The translations under genes and the position numbers were made by a program. Shown here in pieces: positions 1-7,608 of a stretch of 64,000 nucleotides of DNA; position 1 is the stretch's first letter; each line of letters begins with the position of its first letter. The DNA is from a virus: the IMG/VR virus record IMGVR_UViG_3300036466_000273, positions 22,108 through 86,107 of that record; one strand, written 5' to 3'. A model generated the notes under the pieces. It made no database searches. It was not told where the DNA came from and saw nothing but the letters and a program-made list of their open reading frames with translations.

Positions 1-120
1 GAGGAGTCTATTCAAACATTTGTGGATGCTATGTATGATATGGATACTGCAATTATGGCTCTTATGGAGTCAATAGGTTTTGATAACCTAGGTTATATCC
101 AGCTTAGAATGGAGAAATAA
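1..120 (+). CDS. 3' end of a hypothetical protein (truncated by the window edge)
   Basis: Open frame EESIQTFV...RMEK ending TAA at 118-120. Confidence 0.55.
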   Translation, partial: EESIQTFVDAMYDMDTAIMALMESIGFDNLGYIQLRMEK

Positions 121-142
121 AGTATATACTAAGGAGGTACGT

Positions 143-244
143 ATGGAATTTAGTTGGAAAGTAATCATTGCTACCCCCGTACTCTTCCTAATAGCTATAA
201 TAATTGAATCAGCAATAAAGGAATATTTATATGATAGACGATGA
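143..244 (+). CDS. Small membrane protein (33 aa)
   Basis: SD AAGGAGG then ATG; hydrophobic MEFSWKVIIATPVLFLIAIII. Confidence 0.6.
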   Translation: MEFSWKVIIATPVLFLIAIIIESAIKEYLYDRR

Positions 245-425
245 CATACTTTGTAAGATGTATAAAGTAGCAAAATCATGCACTACAAAAGAGCAAGCAG
301 CTTCTGCAAAGAAGTATATCGAATTAGCAAGCAAGCAATATCCATGTATATTAAATATACTATCTCATCTATTTATGATTACGGATTTATCAGTTGCTAG
401 GAGTAAGAAGCATGTCCGATTATAA
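231..425 (+). CDS. Hypothetical protein
   Basis: ORF with SD AAGGA, overlapping both neighbours in operon fashion. Confidence 0.55.
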   Translation: MIDDDILCKMYKVAKSCTTKEQAASAKKYIELASKQYPCILNILSHLFMITDLSVARSKKHVRL

Positions 426-1047
426 AGAACTGGAAAATAGTAGTAAATGGGAGTCTGAAAACTCTCGTTTGAAGTATGTACTAGGAAATAACCATAAAAA
501 AGTACGCATAAAAAATAGAGAGGAGTTACTACTGACCCCAGGGGTTTCCTATACTGCAGATAATAGAATAATTGGACCGGGTAATATTATATTCTTCAAT
601 ACTATGGCAGAATTTGCAGGGATGGAATTTAGAATAGGAGACCTCCCAAGAGGATACCCTTGGAAAAGTTGGATGTATGAAGAAGTACGAGGGTGTATTA
701 AAGAGGAGAGGCTTGTAGCAGAGGAAGATCCCAATGGAATTAACCAACATGATCCAGGTGCTAAGCTAGACAAAGGTAAAAATAGAGTCGCTTTAGTATT
801 AAGTGGATTTTCTAATGCTATTGAAGAAGTGTCTAAGGTAGGAACGTACGGGGCTGAAAAATATTCTCCTAATGGGTGGGAAAAAGTGGATAATGGTTTA
901 GAACGCTATGATAACGCTATGCTAAGACATTGGTTAGCTGAAAAACGTGGGGAAGAGTCTGACCCAGATACTGAGTTACTTCATGCAGCCCATGCAGCTT
1001 GGAACTCTCTTGCTTACCTAGAACTCAAACTTAGGGAGAAAATATGA
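412..1047 (+). CDS. dATP/dGTP diphosphohydrolase-domain (DUF5664) protein with N-terminal extension
   Basis: C-terminal GAKLDKGK...V.TYGAEKY...W...RY.NAMLRHW...DPDTELLHAAHAAWN motif; ATG at 412 follows AGGAG. Confidence 0.8.
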   Translation: MSDYKELENSSKWESENSRLKYVLGNNHKKVRIKNREELLLTPGVSYTADNRIIGPGNIIFFNTMAEFAGMEFRIGDLPRGYPWKSWMYEEVRGCIKEERLVAEEDPNGINQHDPGAKLDKGKNRVALVLSGFSNAIEEVSKVGTYGAEKYSPNGWEKVDNGLERYDNAMLRHWLAEKRGEESDPDTELLHAAHAAWNSLAYLELKLREKI

Positions 1048-1259
1048 ATATAATAGCAGAGGTTAAAGAATTTGTTGTAGAATTTACAGAACGTAAAGGG
1101 CACTACCCTAAACACATTATTCTAGGGAGGGCAGAAAAATCAAGGCTTAGAAATCTTCCTGACCTGATGCTATTAAATTACCCTGAGGAGTGGCCAGATA
1201 AATTATTTTGTATTCCGTTGAGTTATACTGCGGAAGAAAGTTGTATACGGGTGAAATGA
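1044..1259 (+). CDS. Hypothetical protein
   Basis: ATGA overlap with upstream gene, SD GGGAG. Confidence 0.6.
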   Translation: MNIIAEVKEFVVEFTERKGHYPKHIILGRAEKSRLRNLPDLMLLNYPEEWPDKLFCIPLSYTAEESCIRVK

Positions 1260-1423
1260 TGCCAATCTATGAGTATAAATGCAAAGTCTGTGGGAAAGAA
1301 TACACCAAAATTAAAAATATTCTAGAGTACAAAGACTCTATTATGTGCAACTGTGGTAATTGGGCTGATAAAGTCCCCTCCTTGCCAGGGTATAGGCGAG
1401 ACCATACCAGATTTGAGAGGTGA
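1256..1423 (+). CDS. FmdB-family zinc-ribbon protein
   Basis: MPIYEYKCxxCG...CxCG motif. Confidence 0.8.
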   Translation: MMPIYEYKCKVCGKEYTKIKNILEYKDSIMCNCGNWADKVPSLPGYRRDHTRFER

Positions 1424-1426
1424 GAT

Positions 1427-1729
1427 ATGCCAATAGATTATGGATTCTTTTATTATGTGTTAACTGGTTTAAAATACACGGCGGACTTCAAAAAGGATGT
1501 TGGCATACTACTAGGAACTGATGGTAAACTACAAAAATTACTAGACCATAAAATTGAAGTTGAGTCTGATATGTTAAGTATTCTTTGCAAAGACGAGGAT
1601 GATTTAATAGATTACTTTATCAATACATTAAACTTTGGAAGAGATAAAGCCCAAGAAAATGATATTGAGATCCTTACAATAGGTAAATTATATGATTTAT
1701 TAGATGACAGATATTCGGAGGGCGAATGA
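1427..1729 (+). CDS. Hypothetical protein
   Basis: SD GAGGTG, tight operon packing. Confidence 0.65.
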   Translation: MPIDYGFFYYVLTGLKYTADFKKDVGILLGTDGKLQKLLDHKIEVESDMLSILCKDEDDLIDYFINTLNFGRDKAQENDIEILTIGKLYDLLDDRYSEGE

Positions 1730-2442
1730 ATATAGAGCTAGTAAGTTTTACAAATAACCCTATTGAAACCTGTGCAAAAGCCGCTTATAACTGCACTAAT
1801 ACTATAGAAATGCCAGAACATGTAGACCCACATGGTTTAGTGGAGAGAGTACTTACATTAGGTCATGAGAGCATAGCTGAGTTTGCGGATTTTGTGTTTA
1901 AGGCAGATGGAATTAGTAGGGTTGCTAGTCACCAACTAGTTAGACATAGGGTGGCAAGCTATGCACAACAAAGTCAGAGATATAATACATATGATACCTT
2001 AAGTATTAATATTCCTGACGGGTTATCTTATGAACAAGCAGAGAAAATGAAACAAGCTGCTTCATATTGCCACAACCTTTACCTAGAGTTACTTAGTGAA
2101 GGAGTCCCTGGAGAAGCGGCAAGATACATTCTTCCTAACGCTGCCACTTCTAGTATTTTTATAAAAATGAACGCTAGAGAGTTACGACATTTCTTTAGCC
2201 TAAGACTTTGTTTGACTACTCAGACTGAGATTCGTTTCATGGCGCAGGCTATGTACGAAATTGTACGACGCAAATTTCCAGCCCTTTTTGTAGGGCAATT
2301 CCCGCCTTGTGAAACAAAAGGTGAATGTAAATCATGTCCGGGGGTGAATAAAAATGACAGTACAACAAAAATTAGGGTTACGAAACCTAAGCAAACCAAA
2401 CCAAGTAATGAAGCCCAAAAAGACTTATTCGAGGAAGTTTAA
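1726..2442 (+). CDS. thyX: Flavin-dependent thymidylate synthase
   Basis: GHESIAE and RVASHQLVRHR...S..QQSQRY ThyX motif; NARELRHFFSLR. Confidence 0.95.
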   Translation: MNIELVSFTNNPIETCAKAAYNCTNTIEMPEHVDPHGLVERVLTLGHESIAEFADFVFKADGISRVASHQLVRHRVASYAQQSQRYNTYDTLSINIPDGLSYEQAEKMKQAASYCHNLYLELLSEGVPGEAARYILPNAATSSIFIKMNARELRHFFSLRLCLTTQTEIRFMAQAMYEIVRRKFPALFVGQFPPCETKGECKSCPGVNKNDSTTKIRVTKPKQTKPSNEAQKDLFEEV

Positions 2443-2460
2443 ACATCGCAATCGTAAAGG

Positions 2461-2733
2461 ATGGTAATTATGATTAGCAATTTAGATGATACGTTTGCTT
2501 TTAATAAGGCAATAGAATCTTTAGAAGGGATAATTGAACTACAAGAAGGAGTTGCTTTTCCATATGAAGAGAGAACCCAGGAAGCTTTTAAAGATGCTCT
2601 AAAAGCATTTGAAACAGCCAGTACATATGCTACTAGAATCTCCAGATTGCTCAAAAAGGAAGATTACGAAACTACGTTTCACACGCTTCTAGAAAGAGAC
2701 TTGGCTGAAATAGAAGAGCTATTTAATGATTAA
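2461..2733 (+). CDS. Hypothetical protein
   Basis: ORF track, same strand as neighbours. Confidence 0.6.
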   Translation: MVIMISNLDDTFAFNKAIESLEGIIELQEGVAFPYEERTQEAFKDALKAFETASTYATRISRLLKKEDYETTFHTLLERDLAEIEELFND

Positions 2734-2742
2734 AAATAGTTC

Positions 2743-2771
2743 TTGACAATTTTCTCAATATTCGCTATAAT
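2743..2771 (+). promoter_or_regulatory. Strong sigma70 early promoter
   Basis: TTGACA-17 bp-TATAAT with A-rich UP element; near-identical copies at 4744 and 5739. Confidence 0.9.
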
Positions 2772-2803
2772 AGTATTATAAATAATAGCGAAAGGAGAAA
2801 ATT

Positions 2804-3034
2804 ATGACTAGGGAAAATATTATTAACATTCTTCGTAATTCTGAAGCAACAGTAACATTTCTTAAAAAAGACGGGTCAAAACGTGTTATGAAATGTACAC
2901 TTCGCCCAGATGTACTGCCCGCTCTAAAAGGCTCAAATCATAAGAAGAATGAAGATGTACTTCCAGTATGGGACTTAGAGAAAAATGCTTGGAGGTCTTT
3001 CCGCCTAGATAGTATTATAAAAATAGGAGATTAG
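2804..3034 (+). CDS. WYL_2/Sm-like SH3 beta-barrel protein
   Basis: VTFLKKDGSKRVMKCTL...VWDLEKNAWRSFRLDSI, a common phage family. Confidence 0.8.
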   Translation: MTRENIINILRNSEATVTFLKKDGSKRVMKCTLRPDVLPALKGSNHKKNEDVLPVWDLEKNAWRSFRLDSIIKIGD

Positions 3035-3035
3035 A

Positions 3036-3251
3036 TTGATTGATAATGTTAACAAAATTGAGGAATATCTAAGAGATTCTCTAATTGCACTGGAAACAAT
3101 ACGAGCAATTACTAAAAAAGATGAACATAGTGAAATAATTAATGTATTTCTCCAAAAGATGGAGAATTCATTAGTTAAAGTAGCGGAATGTAACTTAGAG
3201 ATTACCGATTCTTGCGGTAAACCAAAATCACGATGTATTTTCTTTAACTAA
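3036..3251 (+). CDS. Hypothetical protein
   Basis: SD AGGAG, TTG start. Confidence 0.55.
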   Translation: MIDNVNKIEEYLRDSLIALETIRAITKKDEHSEIINVFLQKMENSLVKVAECNLEITDSCGKPKSRCIFFN

Positions 3252-3327
3252 GCGAGTGTAGTCCAACGGCAGAGACAATGGACTTAAAATCCATAAAGTG
3301 AGGATTCGAATTCCTCCACTCGCACCA
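3252..3327 (+). tRNA. tRNA-Leu(UAA), short variable loop
   Basis: Cloverleaf: GCGAGTG/CACTCGC acceptor, ATGGA-CT-TAA-AA-TCCAT anticodon arm, TTCGAAT T-loop, CCA. Confidence 0.9.
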
Positions 3328-3423
3328 ATTTTGTCCGTTCAATGTAGGACGGACACACTAGACTCCGTGACGCCTTCGAAGTCTAGCGCACAACAAAAGG
3401 CCGAGATAACAAAGGAGGCCGTT

Positions 3424-3636
3424 ATGAAATTTTTTCTTTCTACTCTCTTTATATTGATGCTTACTACTCAAGCCTTTGCATCAACAGCTGGGCGAACTGA
3501 CCATTCAGGTATTCTTGTTTGGATGTTCCTAGGGTTTTGTGCGCTGATTGTAGTAGCACAGGTAGTACCTGCTCTAATGATGATGGTTGGTGTTGGGAAA
3601 GCACTACAAAAGGATGCTGCTATTACCAATGAGTAA
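3424..3636 (+). CDS. Small membrane protein resembling a Geobacter/Desulfuromonas family
   Basis: SD AAAGGAGG; signal peptide ending AFA; DHSGILVWMFLGFCALIVVAQ.VPA motif. Confidence 0.8.
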   Translation: MKFFLSTLFILMLTTQAFASTAGRTDHSGILVWMFLGFCALIVVAQVVPALMMMVGVGKALQKDAAITNE

Positions 3637-3645
3637 TAGGTGTAT

Positions 3646-3672
3646 TGGGGGGGAATTTCCCCTCCCATTTTT
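3646..3672 (+). terminator. Rho-independent terminator
   Basis: G-run/C-run hairpin followed by ATTTTT. Confidence 0.6.
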
Positions 3673-3695
3673 ATATAGCATTAAAAATTTTGCTC

Positions 3696-3724
3696 TTGAC
3701 GCAAGGGTGGATTTTTAGTATTAT
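3696..3724 (+). promoter_or_regulatory. sigma70 promoter for the hsp20-lysozyme pair
   Basis: TTGACG-17-TATTAT. Confidence 0.65.
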
Positions 3725-3789
3725 ATAAGAATAATACATAAAGCTACCGAATAATCGGGGCAAGTTTTCTACCGAAAGGAGAAAAACAG

Positions 3790-4185
3790 ATGAATCATTC
3801 ACGAAGCGCTATTAACCAAATGGACAGACTATTTGAGGTACTGTTAAAGACCTCGCAAGCTACTAAAACCAACTATCCTAGATACAGTCTATGGACTACT
3901 GAAGGATGGCAGAATAAGAAGTATATTCTGGATATATTAGTAGCAGGTTTTTCTAGAGATGAACTAAAAGTCTCTTGTTCAGATGGTGTATTAACCGTAG
4001 CTGCTAAACAAGCAGACTATGGGCACAGAAATTACTTGGAAAAAGGATTTAGTACGAAAGACTTTGAAGTAGAATTTCCAATAGCTAATTCATGGCAAGT
4101 AACCTCCGTTACCTTGAATAATGGGGTACTAAGTATTCAAATTGAAAAAGAAACTAAAGACGAACAAATACTAGAGATTGGATAA
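3790..4185 (+). CDS. Small heat-shock protein (Hsp20/IbpA-like)
   Basis: NYPRY...VAGFSRDEL.V....GVLTV...YLEKGFS..F...F......V.L.NGVLSI. Confidence 0.9.
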   Translation: MNHSRSAINQMDRLFEVLLKTSQATKTNYPRYSLWTTEGWQNKKYILDILVAGFSRDELKVSCSDGVLTVAAKQADYGHRNYLEKGFSTKDFEVEFPIANSWQVTSVTLNNGVLSIQIEKETKDEQILEIG

Positions 4186-4187
4186 GT

Positions 4188-4637
4188 ATGAACGTAGAAC
4201 GGTTGATAAAACAACTCGAAAAGGATGTAGGGAAATCTAATAGGTTATATCAAGACACAGATGGAAATAAACTAATTGGTATTGGACACTTGATAACTGA
4301 TGACGACCCTGAAGCTCTTAGAGACATACGACCTGGACAGAAAATATCTGAGTCGAAATGCACGGAGCTTCTAACATCTGATCTAACGACTGTAATAACA
4401 GATTGTGTAAAAATATTCGGAACAGAATGGGAAACTTTCCCAGAAGAGTTCCAAGAATCTTTCGCTAACCTTTTGTTCTCTACAAGTAGAGATAATATTA
4501 GTGACCTAAAAGATATTATCTATAATGCTGTAGACAGAAATTGGACACAAGTAGTAGTAGCACTAAAAGATACTGCTGTCTATCAATCGAATCCTCAACG
4601 AATAGCAAGGATGCAATCACGACTATCTATTCTGTAA
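4188..4637 (+). CDS. T4-lysozyme-like (GH24) protein, catalytic residues degenerate
   Basis: LYQDTDG..IGIGHLI and C-terminal W......Y..NP.R..R fold motifs; DVG in place of DEG. Confidence 0.7.
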   Translation: MNVERLIKQLEKDVGKSNRLYQDTDGNKLIGIGHLITDDDPEALRDIRPGQKISESKCTELLTSDLTTVITDCVKIFGTEWETFPEEFQESFANLLFSTSRDNISDLKDIIYNAVDRNWTQVVVALKDTAVYQSNPQRIARMQSRLSIL

Positions 4638-4639
4638 AT

Positions 4640-4673
4640 AAAAAGCACTGGCTATCTATTAGTCAGTGCTTTT
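4640..4673 (+). terminator. Rho-independent terminator (potentially bidirectional)
   Basis: AAAAAGCACTGGCTA-TCTAT-TAGTCAGTGCTTTT. Confidence 0.85.
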
Positions 4674-4743
4674 TATTTCTTCTATCTCAGCGCCGAGTTG
4701 CGTACATTTTAAGTGATAGTATTACGTGCGTATAAAAAAGTTC

Positions 4744-4772
4744 TTGACAATTTTCTCAATATTCGCTATAAT
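4744..4772 (+). promoter_or_regulatory. Strong sigma70 early promoter
   Basis: TTGACA-17-TATAAT. Confidence 0.9.
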
Positions 4773-4803
4773 AGTATTATAAACAATGGCGAAAGGAGTA
4801 AAA

Positions 4804-5481
4804 ATGGCTAGAGTTAAAAAGAAAGAACACGAAAATTTATCAGATTCTAATATTAAAAAAGTAATAGAACTGCTAGAAGCTAAGCAACCTATTACTAAAA
4901 AGCACGCTTGTGAGATTCTCAACATCTCTTATAATACCACTAGATTAAATAATATTATAGAGGGATACAAGCACAAAAAAGAGATAGAAGCTAAGAATAG
5001 AAAAGCTAAACGCGGGAAACCTGCTACAAAAGATGAAATTTCAGATATAATTAGAGAGTATCTAAATGGTACTTCTATATCAGAAATTTCTAAGGATATT
5101 TTTAGGTCTTCTAGTTTTGTATCTAATATTATAGATAGAGTAGGAGTACCGCGTAAGCTAACTAAAGAAGAGATGAAGGAGAGCCACTTACTTCCAGACC
5201 AGTGTATGGCGTATGAATTCAAGTATGGTCAAATTGCGTGGTCAGCGAAGTATAATGCTCCCTGTGAAGTTAGAGAAGAATTAACTGATACAGACTCAGT
5301 AAAATACGAAGAGAAGTACGGATGTAAATGTTATAAGATTTATATCGTTAGTAGGGTAGAGGAGCCAGTTCCAGGGTTCTCATCTGTAGAAATCGGTGGG
5401 TATAATGCTATTTCTCCCGCAAGTGAGTTAGGTGACTTAACCCATCTTATTGAGTTTTGCCCTAGTGTAGGAAAAATATAA
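4804..5481 (+). CDS. D2: T5 D2-like protein
   Basis: KKVIELLE...TKK.ACEIL...KAKRG...I..YL.G.S..EI....FRS...ELG.L.HL pattern and T5 synteny; ATG 4804 follows AAGGAG. Confidence 0.8.
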   Translation: MARVKKKEHENLSDSNIKKVIELLEAKQPITKKHACEILNISYNTTRLNNIIEGYKHKKEIEAKNRKAKRGKPATKDEISDIIREYLNGTSISEISKDIFRSSSFVSNIIDRVGVPRKLTKEEMKESHLLPDQCMAYEFKYGQIAWSAKYNAPCEVREELTDTDSVKYEEKYGCKCYKIYIVSRVEEPVPGFSSVEIGGYNAISPASELGDLTHLIEFCPSVGKI

Positions 5482-5735
5482 TGGAATATTATTTGATTGG
5501 AAGTTTGTCTGTAGGAATTGTATCGTATCTTTCTATTCATAGACCGGTACTAAAGGAATTGAGAGCTTCTGGGGAGTTGGAGCGCGATGAATTTAGGAAT
5601 CCTATGCTAACAGCTATGATTCTTATAGCATTATTTACAGTTTTGGCTCCATTTATGGTATTTGCTGGTATTTTCACTAGTAATGACCAATTTAAGCAAA
5701 ACTATAAAGATAGGCTCCTAGACCAAGAAAAATAG
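5481..5735 (+). CDS. Membrane protein
   Basis: Two hydrophobic segments; lies between D2 and D3 as in T5-like phages. Confidence 0.7.
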   Translation: MEYYLIGSLSVGIVSYLSIHRPVLKELRASGELERDEFRNPMLTAMILIALFTVLAPFMVFAGIFTSNDQFKQNYKDRLLDQEK

Positions 5736-5738
5736 TTC

Positions 5739-5767
5739 TTGACAATTTTCTCAATATTCGCTATAAT
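5739..5767 (+). promoter_or_regulatory. Strong sigma70 early promoter
   Basis: TTGACA-17-TATAAT. Confidence 0.9.
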
Positions 5768-5796
5768 ATATTTATAAACAATGGGAAAGGGAGAAA

Positions 5797-5868
5797 ATGG
5801 AAGATTGGGTGAAAGAGTATTGTATGCAGGGTGTTCTTTGGACGGTACATTTTGATGAAGCAATTTAA
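5797..5868 (+). CDS. Possible 23-aa peptide
   Basis: SD GGGAG then ATG directly downstream of the promoter; MEDWVKEYCMQGVLWTVHFDEAI. Confidence 0.35.
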   Translation: MEDWVKEYCMQGVLWTVHFDEAI

Positions 5869-5907
5869 AACAGACCCTGCAACCACACTAGCGAAGAAGG
5901 AGAAAGT

Positions 5908-6255
5908 ATGAACACATTGTACAAAGTAATTGAGACTGAAGAGTATGGAACTTTTCTTACTAAAGATTCCCAGGGTAAGTTGGTTTTGGAACTGAAAGGT
6001 TCTAACAAAGTAGCGTCTTTTTCAAGCGATGAGCTTGAGGAAGTAATACCTTATACTATTGATATTCGATTTAAGACTGATGGGGGTATCTATACTTTTA
6101 CCAGTGAAAAGGGCACTCTTGAGTTGGATGACCTAGTAGTATACGAAGGCCCATATGGGCGCGACATCGCGCAGGTCACGGGCGTAGATACTAAGAATAA
6201 AAAATCTAATAAGCCTTTTAAGGGATGGAAGTTGCAAACTCAACGAATCGCATAA
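5908..6255 (+). CDS. Conserved phage hypothetical protein
   Basis: SD AAGGAG; 115-aa ORF. Confidence 0.75.
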   Translation: MNTLYKVIETEEYGTFLTKDSQGKLVLELKGSNKVASFSSDELEEVIPYTIDIRFKTDGGIYTFTSEKGTLELDDLVVYEGPYGRDIAQVTGVDTKNKKSNKPFKGWKLQTQRIA

Positions 6256-6265
6256 AAAATAGTTC

Positions 6266-6294
6266 TTGACAAAAAGCTCGATTTTCGGTATAAT
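6266..6294 (+). promoter_or_regulatory. sigma70 promoter (D3 and tRNA cluster)
   Basis: TTGACA-17-TATAAT. Confidence 0.9.
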
Positions 6295-6327
6295 ATATTT
6301 ATAAACAATGGCAGAAGGAGCACTTTC

Positions 6328-6810
6328 ATGGGTGATAGATTTTATGGACAACAATTAAAGGCTACCGGAGATTGCCCAGGTGCTTCAAAATCACAAAAAC
6401 GAAAGGGAAGAAAAATGGCGTGGACTGACGAGAAAAAAGCTGAAGCAATCAAACTGTACGAAGATGCTGAACCTACTCCTGAAAATTCAATGGAAATTGT
6501 TAAAGAAGTAGCAGACCAGCTCGACGAAACTCCTAACGGAGTACGAATGATTCTCAGCAAAGCTGGAGTATACGTAAAGAAAGCAGCTGCTGCAAAAGCA
6601 TCTGGTGGAGAATCTAAGAAAGGTGGCTCTAAGCGAGTTAGCAAAGAGGATGCTCAAAATGCACTTCGCGAAGCTATCCAAGGTCTTGGACTTGAGCCTG
6701 ATGAAGACATCATCACAAAGATGACTGGGAAAGCAGCTCAGTACATTACATCAGTAATCAAAAGTTCTCAAGGTGAAGCTGAAGAAGCTGAAGCTGAAGC
6801 TGAAGGTTAA
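6328..6810 (+). CDS. D3: T5 D3-like DNA-binding protein (alternative start 6415)
   Basis: MAWTDEKK..AI.LY...EPTPE.SMEIVKE.A...TPNGVRMIL.KAGVYVKK...K.TGKAA. Confidence 0.8.
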   Translation: MGDRFYGQQLKATGDCPGASKSQKRKGRKMAWTDEKKAEAIKLYEDAEPTPENSMEIVKEVADQLDETPNGVRMILSKAGVYVKKAAAAKASGGESKKGGSKRVSKEDAQNALREAIQGLGLEPDEDIITKMTGKAAQYITSVIKSSQGEAEEAEAEAEG

Positions 6811-6820
6811 GTAGCAATAT

Positions 6821-6895
6821 TCCCAGGTAGCTCAATGGCAGAGCAAGTGACTGTTAATCACTTGGTTGCTGGTTCGAGTCCAGCTCTGGGAGCCA
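6821..6895 (+). tRNA. tRNA-Asn(GUU)
   Basis: AGTGA-CT-GTT-AA-TCACT; TTCGAG; CCA. Confidence 0.95.
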
Positions 6896-6903
6896 ATTAA
6901 TGT

Positions 6904-6978
6904 GGTGACTGTAGCTCAATGGTAGAGCAACTGACTGTGACTCAGTGTATTGGGGTTCAACTCCCCACAGTCACACCA
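6904..6978 (+). tRNA. tRNA-His(GUG)
   Basis: ACTGA-CT-GTG-AC-TCAGT; G at -1; CCA. Confidence 0.93.
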
Positions 6979-6985
6979 ATAATAA

Positions 6986-7062
6986 GCGTCCGTCGTCTAG
7001 CTTGGTAAGGACACTGCCCTTTCACGGCAGTAACGAGGGTTCAAATCCCTTCGGGCGCTCCA
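6986..7062 (+). tRNA. tRNA-Glu(UUC)
   Basis: CTGCC-CT-TTC-AC-GGCAG; CCA. Confidence 0.95.
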
Positions 7063-7069
7063 ATAATAT

Positions 7070-7144
7070 GCCGCTGTAGCTCAATGGTAGAGGTGCCGAC
7101 TTGTAATCGGCGGGTTAGAGGTTCAAGTCCTCTCGGCGGCTCCA
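7070..7144 (+). tRNA. tRNA-Thr(UGU)
   Basis: GCCGA-CT-TGT-AA-TCGGC; CCA. Confidence 0.95.
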
Positions 7145-7153
7145 AACAACTAT

Positions 7154-7227
7154 AGGGGTGTATTTCAATGGTAGAATAACGGTCTCCAAAACCGTAGATG
7201 GGGGTTCAACTCCTCCCACCCTTGCCA
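7154..7227 (+). tRNA. tRNA-Trp(CCA)
   Basis: ACGGT-CT-CCA-AA-ACCGT; CCA end. Confidence 0.95.
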
Positions 7228-7235
7228 AATACTTA

Positions 7236-7322
7236 GGGAAGGTGTGCCGAATTGGTGAAGGCAGCGGTCTGTAAAACCGTGACAGAGAAACGTTGATGGT
7301 TCAAGTCCATCCCTTCCCACCA
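7236..7322 (+). tRNA. tRNA-Tyr(GUA)
   Basis: GCGGT-CT-GTA-AA-ACCGT; long variable region; CCA. Confidence 0.93.
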
Positions 7323-7330
7323 TAATTAAA

Positions 7331-7423
7331 GGAGGGCTAAGTCCATAATTGGTATTGGCGCGGTCTTGAAAACCGTTGGGCGTTAATAGCGTTCTCAGAG
7401 TTCGAGTCTCTGGCTCTCCGCCA
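7331..7423 (+). tRNA. tRNA-Ser(UGA)
   Basis: GCGGT-CT-TGA-AA-ACCGT; long variable arm; GCCA. Confidence 0.93.
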
Positions 7424-7429
7424 AATTTA

Positions 7430-7516
7430 GGAAGAGTGTCCGAATTGGTAAGGAGCCCGACTGCTAATCGGGTAGGCGTAATAGCTTTGAAGGTTCGAGC
7501 CCTTCCTCTTCCGCCA
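7430..7516 (+). tRNA. tRNA-Ser(GCU)
   Basis: CCCGA-CT-GCT-AA-TCGGG; long variable arm; GCCA. Confidence 0.95.
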
Positions 7517-7523
7517 AATAAAT

Positions 7524-7600
7524 TATAGGGGTATAGTTCTAATTGGTCGAATTGCGGTTAACTTACCGTAGATGGGAGTTCGAATCTCCCTGCCCCTATA
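7524..7600 (+). ncRNA. tRNA-like RNA (Trp-derived; 6-nt anticodon loop, no CCA)
   Basis: Intact acceptor, D and T arms; GCGGT-TAACTT-ACCGT. Confidence 0.75.
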
Positions 7601-7608
7601 CATTAAAT

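Noticed and set aside
412-1047. Z-base (2-aminoadenine) genome
   Set aside because: No purZ or datZ in the window; DUF5664 alone is insufficient
3328-3420. c-di-GMP/cGAMP (GEMM) riboswitch
   Set aside because: Lacks the GGCAAA...GAAA...GGGACGCAAAGC core; only two simple hairpins
3298-3423. N-terminal extension of ORF 3298..3636
   Set aside because: Overlaps tRNA-Leu; the strong SD supports ATG 3424
7524-7600. Stop-codon suppressor tRNA or genetic-code reassignment
   Set aside because: The loop does not present CUA/UUA/UCA in a 7-nt loop; core genes are full length in the standard code and use all three stops
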